DNA of 64,000 nucleotides from assembly GCF_006345805.1 (NCBI RefSeq), contig NC_043014.1, forward strand, positions 22,568,001 through 22,632,000, read 5' to 3'. Of the stretch, positions 41,378-52,324 are shown piece after piece. Under the pieces are notes generated by a model. The model saw only the letters and a list, made by a program, of their open reading frames with translations, did no database searches and was not told where the DNA came from. Origin of the DNA: Octopus sinensis (taxonomy: Eukaryota). The translations under genes and the position numbers were made by a program. Each line of letters begins with the position of its first letter. Position 1 is the first letter of the stretch.

Positions 41378-41775
41378 CTTTTACTTGTTTCAGTCATTTG
41401 ACTGCGGCCATGCTGGAGCACCGCCTTTAGTCGAGCAAATCGACCCCGGGACTTATTCTTTGTAAGCCCAGTACTTATTCTATCGGTCTCTTTTGCCGAA
41501 CCGCTAAATGACAGGAACGTAAACACACCAGCATCGGTTGTCAAGCAGTGCTCGGGGGACAAACACAGACACTCAAACATATACACACACACTTATATAT
41601 ATATATATACATATATACGACAGGCTTCTTTCAGTTTCCGTCTACCAAATCCACTCACAAGGCATTGGTCGGCCCGGGACTATAGCAGAAGACACTTGCC
41701 CAAGATGCCACACAGTGGGACTGAACCTGGAACCATGTGGTTGGTTAGCAAACTACTTACCACACAGCCACTCCT
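41378..41775 (-). mobile_element. tRNA-derived SINE (octopus OK/OR-like)
   Basis: Head aggagtggctgtgtgg (A box), ggttcagtccc (B box), CORE-like cttgggcaagtgtc; related copies ~37820-38230 and ~5090-5240. Confidence 0.8.
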
Positions 41776-41808
<33 letters not shown>

Positions 41809-43294
41809 AAAGGGAAGGTTTACGAAACTAAACAAAAGACGAAGGCAGGTTTACGAAAATAAACAAAAGATGAAGGCAGGTGGAGTACAAACAAAATGTA
41901 TTAGTATGGCGCTCAGGAATAGAAATAAAACAAGTCTTTTACATTTCAAGCCTACGCTCTTCGACAGAAAGATACACAGAAAAGAAACAAGGAGAGAAAC
42001 AAGGAGAGAAAAAAATTCCGTGTAGGGGCTAACGATCCAAAATATATATAAGATACTAAATATACATTAAGTGAAAACTAAAAACAATACTTAAATTATA
42101 CAATACTTTAAAATTAATTAATATACACAATGCTAGTACAAGCCATTAATATTGTAATCAAAATAAGAAATGGTTCAAATATAAACAAACTCATTAAATA
42201 AGCTAACTATATAATTAATATATATGTGTAGTTTCTATAGATTTAATATATCACTCAATAATATAGTTGACTAAATATCAATTAATATAATACCTAATTT
42301 ACTTAAATTTAATACTACTTAATAAATATACCACCTAATTATTAAATAATATATTGTCTAACAAAATTAATTCTCAAATTAAATTAAATGTAATACATTA
42401 GATCCCTTTATAAAAATAATAATTAATCATTCTAAATAAATAGATATAATAATTAATAACTATCATAACTTTTAACTATCAATATATATAATGGCGAAAA
42501 ATTATTTACTAATGGAAAGTAAGAAACATTTAAGCTCTATAAATTAAAGAAAGGTGCAAAAAAATTAGAACAAATGAACAATACACTATGAAAATATTCA
42601 ACTACAACCGACAGTCCATGACAAATTCAGTCAATAACAATAATAATAATAACAACAATCAAACTCAAAATAATACAAGATCCAAATAGTATTGATAAAC
42701 AAACTATGTTACAAAGTTCAACGATTAAATTAATCTATCTGGATTTTAAATGTATAAAAATATATGTTTTAGTGTCTTATTAATATACCCAATGCTATTA
42801 CTAGTCATGAATAATACAATCAAAATTAGGAAATGGTTCAAATATACACAAATCCATTATATAAACTAACTTTTTTATTAATCTATATGTGTAATATCTA
42901 TAGATTTAATATTTCACACGATAATAAAGTTGAACATAATATTAATTAAAATAAAAACAAATTTACTTAAATGTAATACTACTTAATAAAAATATTATCT
43001 AATTAATAAATAATGTATAGTCTAATGAAACTAATTCTCAAATTAAATTATATGTAAAACGTTAAATCCCCTTATGAAAATGAATAGATATCATAACTAA
43101 TAACGATCGTAAATAATAACTATCTAGAAACTATAAATAAATAATAATATTTCAACAACAATAATAATAACAATAATAATAATAATTTCAAACCCAAAAC
43201 GATTCAAAATCCAAATGAAATAGATAAACAATAAAACAGAAGATTATTTTCGTATATTTATTAATTAATCATTTTTATTATTGTAGTTTATTTT

Positions 43295-43396
43295 TAATCT
43301 GATGGGTGGCTATATTTATATCGAAGTGATTTTACTACTATTAATTTTTTTACTATAAAACATTTCTTAAATATAGCCACAAAACACATGTCGTTA
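43295..43396 (+). ncRNA. Decayed inverted copy of the long-stem-II hammerhead
   Basis: CTGATGG-gtggctatat...atatagccac-AAAA-cacatg-TC-gtta; core substitutions relative to the 41199-41302 copy. Confidence 0.6.
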
Positions 43397-43652
43397 TTCT
43401 ACCTAATATATACGTTATTATTATTATTATTTTACAATAATAAATCTCTGAACGAGATATAAACAGTAACCGCTCGACAACGTAAGGTGTATTAGCCATC
43501 TGAATGTGGCTAGCCACTGGGGGTGGGGTGGGGTGTTACTGATGCTTTTAGCCCCAGGCGATCAACGTCACCAGAAGGACTTTAGACACTATCTCAGTGC
43601 CCTTGTGTTATTTGCAAAGGGAGGTCATCCTCCCTCGAAGACCCGAGTACTA

Positions 43653-43697
43653 CATACGGACTATAGTTTCAAGGTAATTGCCTCTCGTCAACGCATG
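43653..43697 (-). ncRNA. Minimal type-I hammerhead ribozyme
   Basis: catgcg-TTGACGA-gagg caatta cctt-GAAA-ctatag-TC-cgtatg; palindromic ACTATAGT helix III, GUC site, position 3 is U instead of C. Confidence 0.75.
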
Positions 43698-44051
43698 GTA
43701 AGCACCGGTCTTCGATGAAATTTTCTTTATTATGATCAATAGATCTAACATAGAATGGGTACATTACAGGACAAAACAATTACAAAAATGCTATGCGAGT
43801 TTGAATGAAATTTAAAAATTACAAAAATTACAAAATTAAAATTTTATGTCACTTGAACGAAAACTTGGCTTACTTTTGCCTTTATCACGAGAACTTTTAG
43901 TGCGTATGTTTTCTTTTCATTTCTTTTTTATTATTATTAATTCTTTATTTTAAACAGTTATGTACAGTGAAAGGTAATGGGAGGTACCAGTTTCAATTTT
44001 GAACCCGGCAGCCTATAAATCCCAGCAGCTGATTTTTCCGTTCCTCGATGA

Positions 44052-47000
44052 TTAAGCTGGGTTACTCTCACCCACCTTTCTCATCACATCCTTCCAACGT
44101 TCCATATACTCTTTCTGTGGCAAGCTCCTCTTCTCCAACCCCATCTTGCTCTTCAGATGATATCCGAAGTATTTTAACAAACCGGGGCCAGAGATAAAGG
44201 ACCCTTTCACTAGACCTTCCACTCTAGTTCTCCATACACACTCTTTCAATACTGCCACCGTACAGTAAAAACAAGCCTTACCTTCCTTTGAGAGTCCAGT
44301 TGGCGGTATCATCTTAATCATAGATCCAGCCGACAGCTGTACTCATCCCTGATGCGACAACACGTGTTCCACGTAACTTATCAAGCCTGACAGCTCCCGA
44401 CATTGTACAAAAGCGTGTTGGACGGTTTCATCGTCCAACCCACATCTTGGACACGTCGGTGGCACTGACATTCCGTGCCTGGATAACTTCTCGCGAACAG
44501 GTAATGCATTCCTATAGCACTGCCAGGTCAGGGATTTTTAGTAATTATCCAAATACCCCGGCCTGAAAGTCTTCTTAAACAGGTTGGAGAGTTGATCCTC
44601 ATCGAACCCCAGAGCCCTTCCTAGGACGTCGTCATTTTTTCCTCCTACCAGCCCTTTATAGAACACCGAGGTGGTATTCCCGCTGCCGGCCTTACCCATC
44701 TTGTGGATCAGCCAGAGTGCCTGTCGGCACTCCTTCTGCCATGAAGTCAGTTTACGTCCTTTAATGAGACCGGGTGTAAATCCCTCCATAGAGGCCGGTC
44801 GCGGGAAGAATTCCTCTGCCAGCGAACTCCACACCTTATCATCCTCCAGGTAACACCAGAGGTGTCTCAGCCTCAACGCGTGTTTGCGCATCATTAGCCA
44901 AGGCATCCCCAGTCCACCCTTTAGCGGTTCCTGGCAACACACGGAGCGTCTCACAAGTGGCTTTCCTCCTTTCCACAAAAAGCGGAAAAGGAGTCGTTCC
45001 AACTTGTTTAACCACGAATCGGGGCAAGGCACGACGGTCAGGCGGTAGGTGACGACAGAGGCTATAAACATCTGTGCCACCTCCGCCCTCCCTTTCAAGG
45101 AAAGATGCCTTCCGGACCACTTCCGTACTATGGCATCTACCTTGCTCGTTACCTCGCTCCAATTCTTCTCCGTCTGGGAGTCTGGACCAAACCAGACTCC
45201 TAGCAATTTAACAGGACCATCCGTCCAGTGTCCAACAACACTGGACGGTATCTGCTTGTTCCTCCAGGTGCCGAGGCGCAAACCGATGGACTTGTCCCTG
45301 TTAACTTTTGCCCCTGCCACCGCTTCGTATCTATGGAGAGCACCTACTACCCGAGGTAGCTGTGTTCCGTTGGACACGATGAGGGTGACGTCATCCGCAT
45401 AGGCAGAAACAGGCTTACCGCATCCGATTTCATTAGGGTTGCCTCCCAACTTCTCCAGCTTCCGCAGCAATGGCTCAAGAGCCAAAACATACAGGAGCGG
45501 GGACAAGGGGCACCCTTGACGAACTGAACGCTTGATCGAAAACGGCTCCGTTAGGTAACCGTTTATCTGGACTGTGGACTTGATGCCGCTGTACATAGCT
45601 GAGATCCACCCGCAGAAGCCAGGGCCCAGCCCAGCCGCTTCGAGATTCGCCGCCAAGTACCGATGGTCTACCCTATCAAACGCTTTACTTTGGTCTAAAT
45701 GGACCAATGCCCCTCCTTTGCCGTCTAATTTCCCGACCCTATCTATAGTGTAGCGGAGAAGGTGAAGATTATCCTGGATCGATCTGCCTGGGATTGCACA
45801 TGTCTGTGCCTTCCCGACAAGTTTCTCCACGACAGCCGTCAACCTTTTTGCTAACACCTTGGCTAAAATCTTAAACTCTACATTAAGTAGAGTCATGGGC
45901 CTGTAATTACTAATACTGTCCCCCTTGCTTGGGTCTTTCTGGACCAGCGTCACAACTCCCCGACTCACAGAGCTGGGAATCCTCCCATTCTGTTGCCAGT
46001 TTGCATAGACGCTTGCCAGTATGTCCCCGAACAAGTCCGGCATACAACAATAAAATTTATAGGGTAGACCATCCAATCCCGGCGACTTTTCCCCAGCGCA
46101 CTCGGCCATAACCCCTCTTACCTCTGCGGGAGAGATCGATCCTTCACAGCACTCCGCCTCACCTGCCGAGAGCCGAGGCCCACCAGCTAGGAAGTCCTTT
46201 AAGGTCTCCCCACGCTCGAGCGGACCACCGCCCCCAAACAGCCGTGCGTAATGCTGGCGAAGGACCTTCTGCATCTCCCACTGTCCATAGATCTTGCGGT
46301 CCTGCTCGTCAGTTAAGGACATAATACAGGACTTTTTGCCCTTCTGACTCTCCTCACGACGGGCCCATCCGGCAACGTTAATACCTTCTCGTTTTCCTGC
46401 ACGTAACTTAGCTCTGACTCTACACCCCTCGTGCTTGGCGTTGAGGTGACGGTACAATACCGCTCTCGCTGCCAACACTCCGGATGCACAGCCAGATTCC
46501 ATAGCCTCGTCTAAGTTCTTAACTAATTCGCCCTCTATTCTAGTCCTATCTAAACTTAGCTACTTGCTAAATCTAATGGACTCCAAACGGATGGCTCTTT
46601 TGAGGGCGAGCCACCATCTATTATTAATGATGGTGCCACATAATGCCCTCTGTACTAATTCCTTAATCCGGGTACGGAAAGCTTCACAGGTCAAAATAGA
46701 CTTGTTCATCTTCCAGTACCCGGGACCTTGTCTATGGCATTTATCTACATGTACCTCACACGTTACAAGTTTGTGATCCGTGTAAGGCACAACAGAGAAT
46801 TGTGGACAGCTAACACTATTCCTATCTCGTTCCTTAACAAATACTCTATCTATGTACGATCTGTGTGAGCCGTCGTTATTACTCCACGTCCACTGTGGAA
46901 CGTTCGGCTCATCCAGTCGAAAACGGTCTACTAGATTAAAGCTCGCTAGTAGAGCCTTGAGGCCAGGATTCCCCTTCCTATCGCTCGAGCCTACACCATC

Positions 47001-47441
47001 CACCCGCGCATCGAGAATGGTGTTGAAATCCCCTACCAAGACTACCGTTTTGGACGTCACTAGAAAGTGCTCCAGTTCCCGATAAAAACCGGTCTGCCCA
47101 CGTCCGTTAGGAGCGTAGACAGCCACCAACCTGAAGGACTGCTTACTCACGTGCGTCACATCTAGGACAACCAGCCTACCTTCTGGGTCCAAAAAGACAG
47201 TACTTACCTGTAAGTCCAAGTTCTTCCTGAAAAGAACTGCCACGCCTGCACCTCCCCCTCGGCTAGGAGAAATAAATTTCTCGTAACCATTGAGAAGTGG
47301 TGAGAACGCTTGGGGTCCCTTCATCTTGGACTCGGTAACAATAGCTACTTCGATTCTATGTGAAATGAGGTCGTCACGAAAACAAGCCTGTTTCCATTTC
47401 GATCCCATTCCACGCACATTTATACAACCTAACTTAATCAT
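44052..47441 (-). pseudogene. Tx1 ORF2: APE endonuclease, RT and C-terminal Zn finger; three in-frame stops, no frameshift
   Basis: CINVRG, VYAPN, VGDFN, SYIDRV, TDHK; KSPGLDG, LDQSKAFDRV, VRQGCPLSP, YADD; CPRC..ETVQHAFVQC; ORFs 46560-47441, 44538-46502 and 44052-44321 share one frame. Confidence 0.93.
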
Positions 47442-47460
47442 CGAGAAAAAAGAAAATTAT

Positions 47461-48969
47461 TTACTCACGGTTGCGAGAGGGAGCCTGACAGATTCTTTCT
47501 GCCTGTCTCCCCCCACTCGCCGTTGCTGTTGGGTGTTTCACCGGCGTTGCCACCGGGCTCTGGGTTGGTGTGGCTGCCGGGCTAACGGGTAATTTCCCAG
47601 TTGTCACCTCCTGGGTGACATCCTTAATGAAGCCGGCTTTTACGTGGCTTTGTAAGGTTTTGTCTTTCCATCCTTCTTCGCCGACCCTTCCATATCGCCA
47701 CTCCGCTTCCTTCTCGGTCGCTTTGTAGCACCTGATCAGCGTCCTTGCTTTCACCCATGTTTCTACTCTCACGTTCTTTGTGGTGTATGCAATAATTTTT
47801 TCGTTGGGTTTAAACCCTTTTACAGTTGGGGGGTGGGGTTTGTTAAAGTGCTGGCCTATAAGTGTAGTACCGCCGGGGTGGGATTGGAGAATATTTTTAA
47901 TTTGTTCGTCTGCGTTGTTTTTTTTTTTTATACGGGTGGGGAGTCAGGGGTGATGGATTTTTTCCTTTTGTTGGACACGTTCGTAAATTCCATGTCTTCT
48001 TGTTTATTTGTTTTTGTTGCATTATTTTCCTCATCCTTTCCTTTCTCATTTTGCATTTCGTTCTTGTCTTCCTCCTTTTTGGAGTTCGACCTGTTATTTT
48101 TTCCTCCTTGTTTTCGCCAGCCGTTACTTTTTTCTCCACTTTGCTGCTTTCTGCGTTCTTCACAGCGTTTTGTGGGGGGGCGTTGCCCGCATTATTTTTT
48201 TTGTGCAAACGGAGCGAACGTGGCCCTTTTGCCCGCACTTAAAACATCTGGGCCTGCGTCCTTCCACCGAAACTCGTATGGAGTGCCCCTCCCCCACGAA
48301 GACTCTGTCTGGTAGGCTTTCCAACGTCGCATTTTCCGCCTGGATTATCATCTCCAGCTGCTGGCCTCTCCAGTGTTTTGCAATTTTTCTCTTCATACTT
48401 AAAATTGTCAATTTTGATTCAACATCAAAAATGACCGCTGTTGCCGCCCACATCACGTCGTAGCCCGTTGGTATATCTTCTAGGGTCACTTTTGCGGTTC
48501 TGCATCCTAAATATAAGGGTAGCAGTATTATACTCTCGTTTTTCAACGTTTGTGTCGAAATTTGCCTTGCTACTTCCGCCGTTTCAAAATGCGCCTCCAC
48601 TGTAGCGCTTCTTGCACCTCGGTTGACATGACTAACTTTACTCCATATTGGAGCCATACACTTTTCGACCATTTCGTTTTTCACGTCGGTCATTCGTTTT
48701 TCCTTGATATTGTACACCCTGTAGGTGACCATTTTTTCCTTTATTGCTTGTATAGTTTCGGGGGGCGGTACCAATCGTGTTTCTTCGCCACTTTTTTGCA
48801 CCAGCGATCTAAACTTGAATAATCTTTCCATTGATACCTCCATTTCTTCGACTTCGCCACCTACGGCGTCTGAAAAACTGGGTTTTGTCTGTGTTTCCTT
48901 TTGTTTAACAGTTGTTATACTTTCTCCCATCTCGGGAAAGTCTTTTTTTGAACTTAAGTCTAATTCCAT
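47461..48969 (-). pseudogene. Tx1 ORF1 (gag-like, CCHC zinc knuckle), frameshifted
   Basis: RPRCFKCGQKGHVRSVC knuckle, followed by a K/E-rich tail broken at homopolymer runs. Confidence 0.85.
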
Positions 48970-50161
48970 ATTAGACAACACAAACTTGTCACAAATGACA
49001 AGAGAATTTTTTTTTTTCCAAAAATAACCTATACAGGTTAAGAGTTCACACAAAACAGCACACAGAAATTTTCTACCCCGAAGGGCGAAAATTACTGGGT
49101 CAAAAACAGTTCAACAATGATATTACTTGTAACACGACAGAGTAGACAAACGGAAACGAACTCACACAACGATTTGCAGCAACAGAAAAATATTGGTATA
49201 CTCAGAGGAAAAATTAAAAAAACACCGGTCTTCGATGAAGGAGTCCCCTTGCAAATAAATATATAACGTTTTTCACAGCAACCACTGTCACTGATTTAGA
49301 AAAACTGTCTGAAAACAATAATAAATCTCTGAACGAGATATAAACAGTAACCGCTCGACAACGTAAGGTGTATTAGCCATCTGAATGTGGCTAGCCACTG
49401 GGGGGGGGGGGGTACTGATGCTTTTAGCCCCAGGCGATCACAGTGGTTGCTGTGAAAAACGTTATATATTTATTTGCAAGGGGACTCCTTCATCTCTCTG
49501 CTCCTTACCACTCTCTGTTCTTCCCATATGACTGGTACTTGACCAAGCATGATCTTTCTTGGCCTGACCACCACTCACACAACACCTTGTTTTCCTGTTT
49601 CCTGACTTTCATATTTGTAACCGCAAGGCTTCCACTTCACACGTCAGTTTAATTTAACTTGTCCTTTTAGTCAAAAGACACCTGTAGTTATTCTTGTTGT
49701 TTGTATTTGTAATCATATAACATTTTCTCTGTTTTCTCATTGTTTTTGTCCATGTTGTCATTCGCTTCCTTTCTTCCAAAAATTTAATGCCCTTAACTTA
49801 GATTTTTGGGACCTACCAATTTTGAACAGTCTCAAGTGTAACAGGCCAAAACTATAATGATTGGAAGCTTGACTGATGAATAGAAAGCCATGAATATTCC
49901 ATCCTGGTTTTCCTGTCTGTTTTTGTATCGTCCATCTGTCTGTATGTTTTCACTGTCATCTGTTATGTTCTTGTTCCATTTATATATATATATATATATT
50001 TGTTTATGTATTCGTTTTGCAAGATTCTTGATGTGAACTCATGTGTTGAAACAGATATTGTATTTGGGGAGGGTTATGTTGCCAGTTTAGCCAATGAAAA
50101 CACACACACTATTCATTCAGTGTTCGCTTGCTTCAGTTTTATTTCATATTAATTATATTTT

Positions 50162-50206
50162 GGCCAGAGTTCTTTCATCACACTCCCATGACCTCATCAG
50201 TGGTCC
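50162..50206 (-). ncRNA. Minimal hammerhead ribozyme downstream of PLE GIY-YIG fragment
   Basis: ggacca-CTGATGA-g gtcat gggagt gtgat-GAAA-gaac-TC-tggcc. Confidence 0.65.
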
Positions 50207-50492
50207 TTTGCTTTCTTCTTTCTTTTTTGTGTCTCCCCTTCCTAACAATCTGCCATTTTGTGTTCCTATTGTATGTGTCTTTATTTGCACATGCTTATAT
50301 CCCTGTATGTGTCTATGTTTGGTAAGTGTGTGTGTGGGGGAATGTGTATGGTACCTGCATAATTAATATCTCTTGTTTATTCATGTTCATTTTATTTTAT
50401 TTTATTTATTTTATTTATTTGTTTTGCTCATGTATTTAATTACTTAATTTCATTTATTTATCTATCTATTGTATTAGTTTTATATTATTAGT

Positions 50493-50960
50493 TTATGGGG
50501 ATCTTATTCTGTCATCAGGTTGTGGTGTGTATGTGTGGGAGGGATGAGTGCAAGTGTTCCATTCTAGTTTTCTATTTAGACTAGGTTTATCTTCTATTAT
50601 GTGTGTGACTTCTGTAATTTGTCTAAGTGTTGTGCCTGTTCTATGTGTAGACAAGATTTTTACTTCTATGTTGTTGAGTGAGCCCCCGTGTTCCTGCTTG
50701 GCATGTTGGTATAGTATTGATGAACTCTTCTCTTCCTTGAGTTCCCTCCAGTGCTCATTAACCGTCTTTCCTAAACTACATGCTGTCTTGCTTACGTATG
50801 TTGTTGTCTTGTTTCTGCACTGTCTCTCAGTACATCTTATTCTATAGACTATGTTCCTAGCTTTACAGTTTGTTTGTGGGCTAACTCTACACACCACACA
50901 GTTCTTATCAGTAAAGGGATTCTATTAAAAGGGTGGGTTCTACCGAATAGGGATTTAATA
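50493..50960 (-). pseudogene. Penelope-like GIY-YIG endonuclease fragment
   Basis: CVVC..NCKARNIVYRIRC..C..TYVSKT..VNEH..ILYQHAKQEH..LRQITE..PSLNRKLEW. Confidence 0.85.
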
Positions 50961-52123
50961 GGGTTACCTAATCTTTCTACAACCACTTTCCGTGTTGGCA
51001 TGGGCAAAACAGTTTGACTGGAACAGGTAAGCAGGAGAGCTGCACTAGGTTCAAATCTGATTTGGTGTGATTTCTATGGCTGGATGCTATTCCTAATGCC
51101 ATCCACTCCAAGAGTGCAATAGGTACTTTTTACATCCCACTGGCATGGGTGCCATTTACATGATGGCATTAATGGCTATGATTACGATTTCATAGGTGCC
51201 ATTTAAATGGCACTGGAAATGGCCGCAACTACGATTTCACCTGGCTTAACAAGCCTTCTCAAGCACAGCATATTGCCAATGGTCTCAGTCACTTGTCATC
51301 GTTCCCATGAGGCCCAACATTTGAAGATTATGCTACTGGCTACAAGATTATACACAATAAAGACGAGAAGAGATGATTAGGATATGATTGCTTAAGTAGA
51401 GGTGGAGTAGGAGCCATTACAGTTGCTGTAGGAAGACAGAAAGATGAAACTGTGTGCTTGTGGATCTGAGGCTGGAACATTTCTGTGAGTGGCTTTATAA
51501 CAATCTGCTAGAAAGCTCATTTCTGAAAGTGATCTAGGAATGTTGGTGTGTGCAGCAATGACACCATATTGGGTGAGAGAGCAATGCTCTATTGTGGGTC
51601 CTGGGCTCATCAGAACATTGATAACTGTTGGGGGCTGAAGTATCTTCTGGTCTTGAAGATGACAGCCAGTCATTGGGTTACAGTCCTAGATATGTTAAAG
51701 ATAAGTTTTCACTGAGAGACCCAGTAATAGACCCAACAACTGGAGTGAGTGTGAGGGCTCTAGCTGAGTGTGGCTCCTGATTAAGAGAAATGTAGTGTGA
51801 TAATGTTTCTCTCTCAATATATATGATTGATTGATTGATTCTAGTTTCAGCTTATGAGCTGTGGCCATGCTGGGGCACCGCCATATTATATATTTATGTA
51901 TTCATGCATGCATGTATATATGTATGTATGTGTGTGTGTATATATATATATATATGAGTATATGTAAATATATATATATATTTATGTGTATATATATATG
52001 TGTGTGTATGTATATGTGTATATATGTCTGAATGGGCATATATATATATATATATTGATAGAAATGGTAAGACAACAAAAGAATGAAAGAGACCTTGATA
52101 TTATGTAAATAGAGGAATTTATC

Positions 52124-52307
52124 TGTAAATGTAATATGTGACAATCATTCGGTAACCATGATAAAACTCCGAGTTTTGGATGTCAGGACGGAAATCCACA
52201 CTCCCATCTCTTTAACTGAAGAGATGGTGGTATGGATTTCCGCCCCGATATCCGAAACTCGGAGTTTTATCATGGCTACCGAATAATTGTCACATATTAC
52301 ATTTACA
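52124..52307. repeat. Diverged fold-back palindrome with hammerhead-like motif at apex
   Basis: ~88-bp arms; + strand taa-CTGAAGA(52216)-gatgg...atcc-GAAA-ctcggag-TT-tta. Confidence 0.75.
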
Positions 52308-52324
52308 TATATATATATATATAT

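Larger units (their letters stand above)
43720..49222 (-). mobile_element. Near-intact L1/Tx1-clade non-LTR retrotransposon
   Basis: 17-bp TSD caccggtcttcgatgaa at 43703-43719 and 49223-49239; two-ORF layout; 3' end AATAAAGAAAAT with no poly(A) tail. Confidence 0.95.
43434..49494 (-). mobile_element. Retrozyme-like ~361-bp tandem unit (about 1.35 copies plus inverted end piece), interrupted by a Tx1 element
   Basis: 43434-43564 repeated at 49315-49440; 49440-49494 is the reverse complement of 49234-49288; contains HHR at 43653-43697. Confidence 0.7.

Noticed and set aside
41700-41775. tRNA gene
   Set aside because: tRNA-like A/B boxes belong to a SINE head; no complete cloverleaf is evident.
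49865-49900. CTGATGA-ata-GAAA motif (related - strand copy at ~10345-10370)
   Set aside because: No stem II and no convincing helix I or III pairing.
51390-51760. Possible LINE endonuclease remnant on - strand
   Set aside because: Too decayed to assign motifs confidently by eye.
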